From: Rhodoluna sp.
GTDB lineage: Bacteria > Actinomycetota > Actinomycetes > Actinomycetales > Microbacteriaceae
Reading direction: 5' to 3'
Assembly: GCA_032111565.1 (NCBI GenBank)
Contig: JAULUM010000018.1
Coordinates: 40,123-104,122 of the forward strand
DNA length: 64,000 bases
The notes under the pieces were generated by a model, which saw only the letters and a list, made by a program, of their open reading frames with translations, made no database searches and was not told where the DNA came from. Position 1 is the stretch's first letter. Each line of letters begins with the position of its first letter. Positions 60,553 to 64,000 of the stretch are shown here, one piece after another. The translations under genes were made by a program, and so were the position numbers.

Positions 60553-60655
60553 TCAAGAACTATACTCCTGTGAAATTCGAAAAACCGAATTTTTAGCAAA
60601 CAGACTCAAAAGAACCATGGCTTACTCTTTGAGATAGTTGGCTTTTGAATACCCT

Positions 60656-61669
60656 CTAGCTTGAAGGGTAGAAGTTCACCGCTCCGCGAACCCAAACGGT
60701 AACTTTCATGCCTACTTCAGGAGCAAATGGGCCATTAGATCTGGCTCGGATCTTGAGCTTCGGTGTTTGCACTTCAACAACAGCATCGTGACCGAAGAAC
60801 ACCCGTCCAATAACCTCTGAATCTCCACTTGGGTTGGGCTGGAGGTAGAAGTTCTCAGACCTAATGGCAGCGACACCTACCTGTCCTTCAGACACTTTAT
60901 TAAGAGGTGTGATCTTTCCAAGAGCAGTAATGATCTTTCCATCTTCAACATGACCATCAACCAAGATTGAATCCCCTAGGAATGTTGCAATACCCAAATC
61001 AACTGGGGAGTTATAGATCTCTGTCGGTGAACCAGACTGAATAATTTTGCCGTCTCGAAGAATAGCAACCCTGTCTGCAAGTGACAGAGCTTCTTCTTGA
61101 TCGTGAGTAACAAGAATTGCTGTTGCATTCTCAGCTCGAAGCACTCTTCTAACGTCTTCACGTAATCTTGCTCTTAGTTCAGCATCAAGAGCGCTGAATG
61201 GTTCATCGAGAAGAATCAGTTTCGGTCTTGGAGCAAGTGCTCTAGCAAGAGCCACTCTTTGAGCCTGTCCGCCCGATAAAGATGCTGGTTTGCGATCCGC
61301 ATATTCACTTAGACCAACCAGATTCAGAAGCTCATTGATACGAGCATCACTACCCTTAGGTAAACCAAAGCCAATGTTCTGACTAACTGTTAGATGTGAG
61401 AAAAGAGCTGAGTCTTGAGGAACAATACCAACTCCCCTTTTCTCTGGAGCAACGACATCTTTACTATCTGAAACAAGTTTTGAATCGATAAAGATTTCTC
61501 CAGAAGTTGGAGATTCAAATCCTGCGATGAGTCTCAGAAGTGTTGACTTACCAGCACCGGATGCACCAAGCACGGCAGTTAGTTCACCTTGGTTAACGTC
61601 TAAGTTGAGATTGTTTAGAACTACTTGATCTCCATAGTTCAGGGATAGGTCTTTAATCTGCATCAGCAT
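60656..61669 (-). CDS. fbpC: Fe3+ ABC transporter ATP-binding protein
   Basis: GASGAGKS, LSGGQ, LLDEPF, VTHD. Confidence 0.85.
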   Translation of the reverse strand: MLMQIKDLSLNYGDQVVLNNLNLDVNQGELTAVLGASGAGKSTLLRLIAGFESPTSGEIFIDSKLVSDSKDVVAPEKRGVGIVPQDSALFSHLTVSQNIGFGLPKGSDARINELLNLVGLSEYADRKPASLSGGQAQRVALARALAPRPKLILLDEPFSALDAELRARLREDVRRVLRAENATAILVTHDQEEALSLADRVAILRDGKIIQSGSPTEIYNSPVDLGIATFLGDSILVDGHVEDGKIITALGKITPLNKVSEGQVGVAAIRSENFYLQPNPSGDSEVIGRVFFGHDAVVEVQTPKLKIRARSNGPFAPEVGMKVTVWVRGAVNFYPSS

Positions 61670-63183
61670 TACTTACCCACCTCCGAAAGTGCTTTGCGTG
61701 CTTGTCTATTCAAGGCTAAAGCAGGTAGTCCACCTAAGACAACCAAGAGAAGTGCATAAGGCGCTGCTTGAGAAAAAGCTAATTCTTCAGTTGCGCTCCA
61801 CAATCTAACTGCAAGTGTCTCGGTTCCTGTTGGTCTAAGTAGCAACGTTGCAGGCAACTCTTTCAAAACAGTCAAAGCAACAAGTGCTGCTCCTGCAAGG
61901 ATCCCAGGTGCTGCGATAGGTAGCACTACTTTGAAAATACTTCTATTGCCTTTGACTCCTAAAGAGTTAGCAACATCTTCTAGGCTCTTTGGAACCTGAG
62001 CAATGGGGGTAGTCATGGTTCCAAGAGCATTAGGTAGAAACAGAATCAGAAAGGCAAATATCAGCAATGCTGTTGTTTGATAAAGCCAAGGGAACAGATT
62101 AGCTCCTAAGAAAATCAAAGCAAGGGCGACAACAATCGCTGGCAATGCATGATTAGCCCAAACAGATAGTTCAACAAATCTTCCAAGTTTGGTTGGGTAT
62201 CTAACTATCCAGAGAGCAATTGCAAGTGCAAACACAGTGATAGCAACTCCAGCTAGAACAGCAAGAGAAACTGATCCCAGAAGTGCTTCCAGGATTTGAG
62301 ATAAATCAGCAGTTGATGAGCCAATGATGGACCAGTTGACGAGGCTATATAAAGGGATACCAACAGCAACGACTGCAATAAACAAAAGACCAGTAACTGC
62401 TAGTGGCCTAGCCTTACCTAGAGATATCCTCACTCGCTTTTGGCTTGCTGGACTAATACTCAGATAGTCACCTCTATATCTGCGTTCAAACCATATAACT
62501 ACAAGAGTTAGCAGCACTAAAACTACTGCCAGGGCTGCTGCTGCAGTTCTATCGAAGCTCAGTCTGTATGCGTTATAGATCGCTCTAGTAAAAGTGTCGA
62601 ATCTAAGAATTGCAATCGCACCAAATTCACTAAGTGTGTACAGAGCAACAAGCAGAGATGATGCGGTTGCGGCAGGTCTAACCTGAGGCCAGGTAACGCG
62701 AACTAGTACTTGCCATTTAGTTAATCCAAGTGTTCTAGCAACTTCTTCACTAGAAGCATCAGTTCTAACTAGTGCTGCTGATACCGCTAGAAACACATAC
62801 GGACTAGTTGCAAGTGAGAGCACAAGCCATGAAGGCCAAAAGCCTGAGATAGATGGAAATGTTGCAGTGAAACTAAACGCCATTACATAACTTGGAATAG
62901 CTAGAGGCAGTGTTGCTAACACAGCGAACAGCGCGCCAAAACCTAAGTTTGTTCTTGTCGTTAGCCAGGCTTGAAGAAAGCCAATTACTAATGCAGTGAG
63001 AGTAACACTCACAACTAAGAGTGTTGTGTTGAACAACAACTCAATAGTTCTAGAGCGAAACAATTCTTCAATCGCTTTTTCAGATCCAGCACCTAACCTA
63101 AAGAATAGGTAGCCAACTGGAATTAGTGCTGCTAGAGCTGCAACTATTCCTAGGGCTTTGAGTAGCGCCGGAGGTTTACGCAT
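61669..63183 (-). CDS. fbpB: Fe3+ ABC transporter permease
   Basis: Two EAA motifs (EEVARTLG, EDVANSLG), KELPATLLL. Confidence 0.87.
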   Translation of the reverse strand: MRKPPALLKALGIVAALAALIPVGYLFFRLGAGSEKAIEELFRSRTIELLFNTTLLVVSVTLTALVIGFLQAWLTTRTNLGFGALFAVLATLPLAIPSYVMAFSFTATFPSISGFWPSWLVLSLATSPYVFLAVSAALVRTDASSEEVARTLGLTKWQVLVRVTWPQVRPAATASSLLVALYTLSEFGAIAILRFDTFTRAIYNAYRLSFDRTAAAALAVVLVLLTLVVIWFERRYRGDYLSISPASQKRVRISLGKARPLAVTGLLFIAVVAVGIPLYSLVNWSIIGSSTADLSQILEALLGSVSLAVLAGVAITVFALAIALWIVRYPTKLGRFVELSVWANHALPAIVVALALIFLGANLFPWLYQTTALLIFAFLILFLPNALGTMTTPIAQVPKSLEDVANSLGVKGNRSIFKVVLPIAAPGILAGAALVALTVLKELPATLLLRPTGTETLAVRLWSATEELAFSQAAPYALLLVVLGGLPALALNRQARKALSEVGK

Positions 63184-63190
63184 AACTGAA

Positions 63191-64000
63191 TTAGATCAGC
63201 CCCGCTGCACGAATTAGTTCTAGGGTCTCATCCAAAGTATCTAAATCACTTAGATCAACTTTAGGATTTCTAACATCGGTAAGTGGAGTCAGTCCTTCAA
63301 CAATGTCAATTCCAGCAACTAGTGGATACTCAGCTGTTTGTTCTGCAAAGAATGTTTGTGCTTTGTTTGAAAGTAAGAAATCAACAAAGGCACGTGATGC
63401 GCTGTTGTCGCTAATGATTCCTGCACCTGCAACATTAACTAGATTTCCTAAATCGTTTGACTCAAACGCAGCTAGCTTTGATTTCATCTTGTCCTTGCCA
63501 ATTTCTTTAGCCTTCGCAAACCAGTAGTAGTGATTGATTAGACCAGCGTCTACTACTCCCTGCTCAACTGCATTCAAGATGGCGTCGTTCTTCTCAAAGA
63601 TCACAGCGTTAGATTTCATGGCTTCAAGCCAAGAGGTAGTTGCTGCTTCTCCTTCAACTACTCGCATCGCAGTTACAAAAGATTGGAAAGATGCGTTGGT
63701 TGGAGCAATGGCAATACGGTTCTTCCATTCAGGTTTAGCTAGATCAAAGACAGATACTGGCAAGTCCGATACTTTTGCTGTGTTGTAAACAAGAATTCTT
63801 GCTCTTCCAGAAACACCAACCCATGACCCGTCAGTCGCTGAGTACTGCTTATCAACTTGAGAAGTTAGTTCTGAAGGGATGGTTGAGAATAGCCCTGCTT
63901 TTGAAACAGCACCTAGAGCTCCAGCATCCTGGGAGAAGAACACATCTGCAGGAGAGTTCTCTCCTTCTTCTAGGAGTTGAGCAGCAAGCTCAGCGCTACC
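63191..64000 (-). CDS. fbpA: Fe3+ ABC transporter substrate-binding protein, 3' part (5' end beyond the window)
   Basis: SPADVFFSQDAG, RARILVYN, INHYY, EYPL. Confidence 0.87.
   Translation of the reverse strand, partial: GSAELAAQLLEEGENSPADVFFSQDAGALGAVSKAGLFSTIPSELTSQVDKQYSATDGSWVGVSGRARILVYNTAKVSDLPVSVFDLAKPEWKNRIAIAPTNASFQSFVTAMRVVEGEAATTSWLEAMKSNAVIFEKNDAILNAVEQGVVDAGLINHYYWFAKAKEIGKDKMKSKLAAFESNDLGNLVNVAGAGIISDNSASRAFVDFLLSNKAQTFFAEQTAEYPLVAGIDIVEGLTPLTDVRNPKVDLSDLDTLDETLELIRAAGLI

Noticed and set aside
776-63788. Numerous short ORFs in the track nested in or antisense to long genes
   Set aside because: They lie within well-supported genes, lack motifs and start signals, and are typical shadow frames.

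Overview
A 64 kb window of a moderate-GC, tightly packed actinobacterial chromosome. Gene order and content suggest a streamlined freshwater Microbacteriaceae (Rhodoluna/Aquiluna-like); this assignment is inference. The left ~25 kb is mostly core: cytochrome c biogenesis resB-ccdA-tlpA, a short archaeal-type aspS, bS22, proC, argA, clpC, lysS, panC, folKBPE, ftsH, hpt, tilS and ppa, with a small insert carrying TipAS, an M48/XRE operon and vapBC. From ~25.5 to 60.6 kb lies an accessory-looking region: psuGK, a tocopherol-cyclase-like gene, a DUF2256-cryB photolyase pair, a secreted 5'-nucleotidase, katG, a GH16, several large repeat-rich surface proteins, an ice-binding protein with an adjacent sortase, pdxH and a Doc-type TA pair. 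An Fe3+ ABC transporter closes the window. No rRNA, tRNA, CRISPR array, integrase or IS was recognised. Four small genes missing from the ORF track were read from the sequence. Best leads: (1) an unannotated 27-aa TisB/DinQ-like peptide (50778-50861) with a sequestered Shine-Dalgarno, a hairpin-rich leader and a candidate opposite-strand sRNA, i.e. a possible type I toxin-antitoxin locus; (2) an exact 8-bp tandem duplication that puts the likely start of the sortase-anchored ice-binding protein out of frame, a possible ON/OFF switch.
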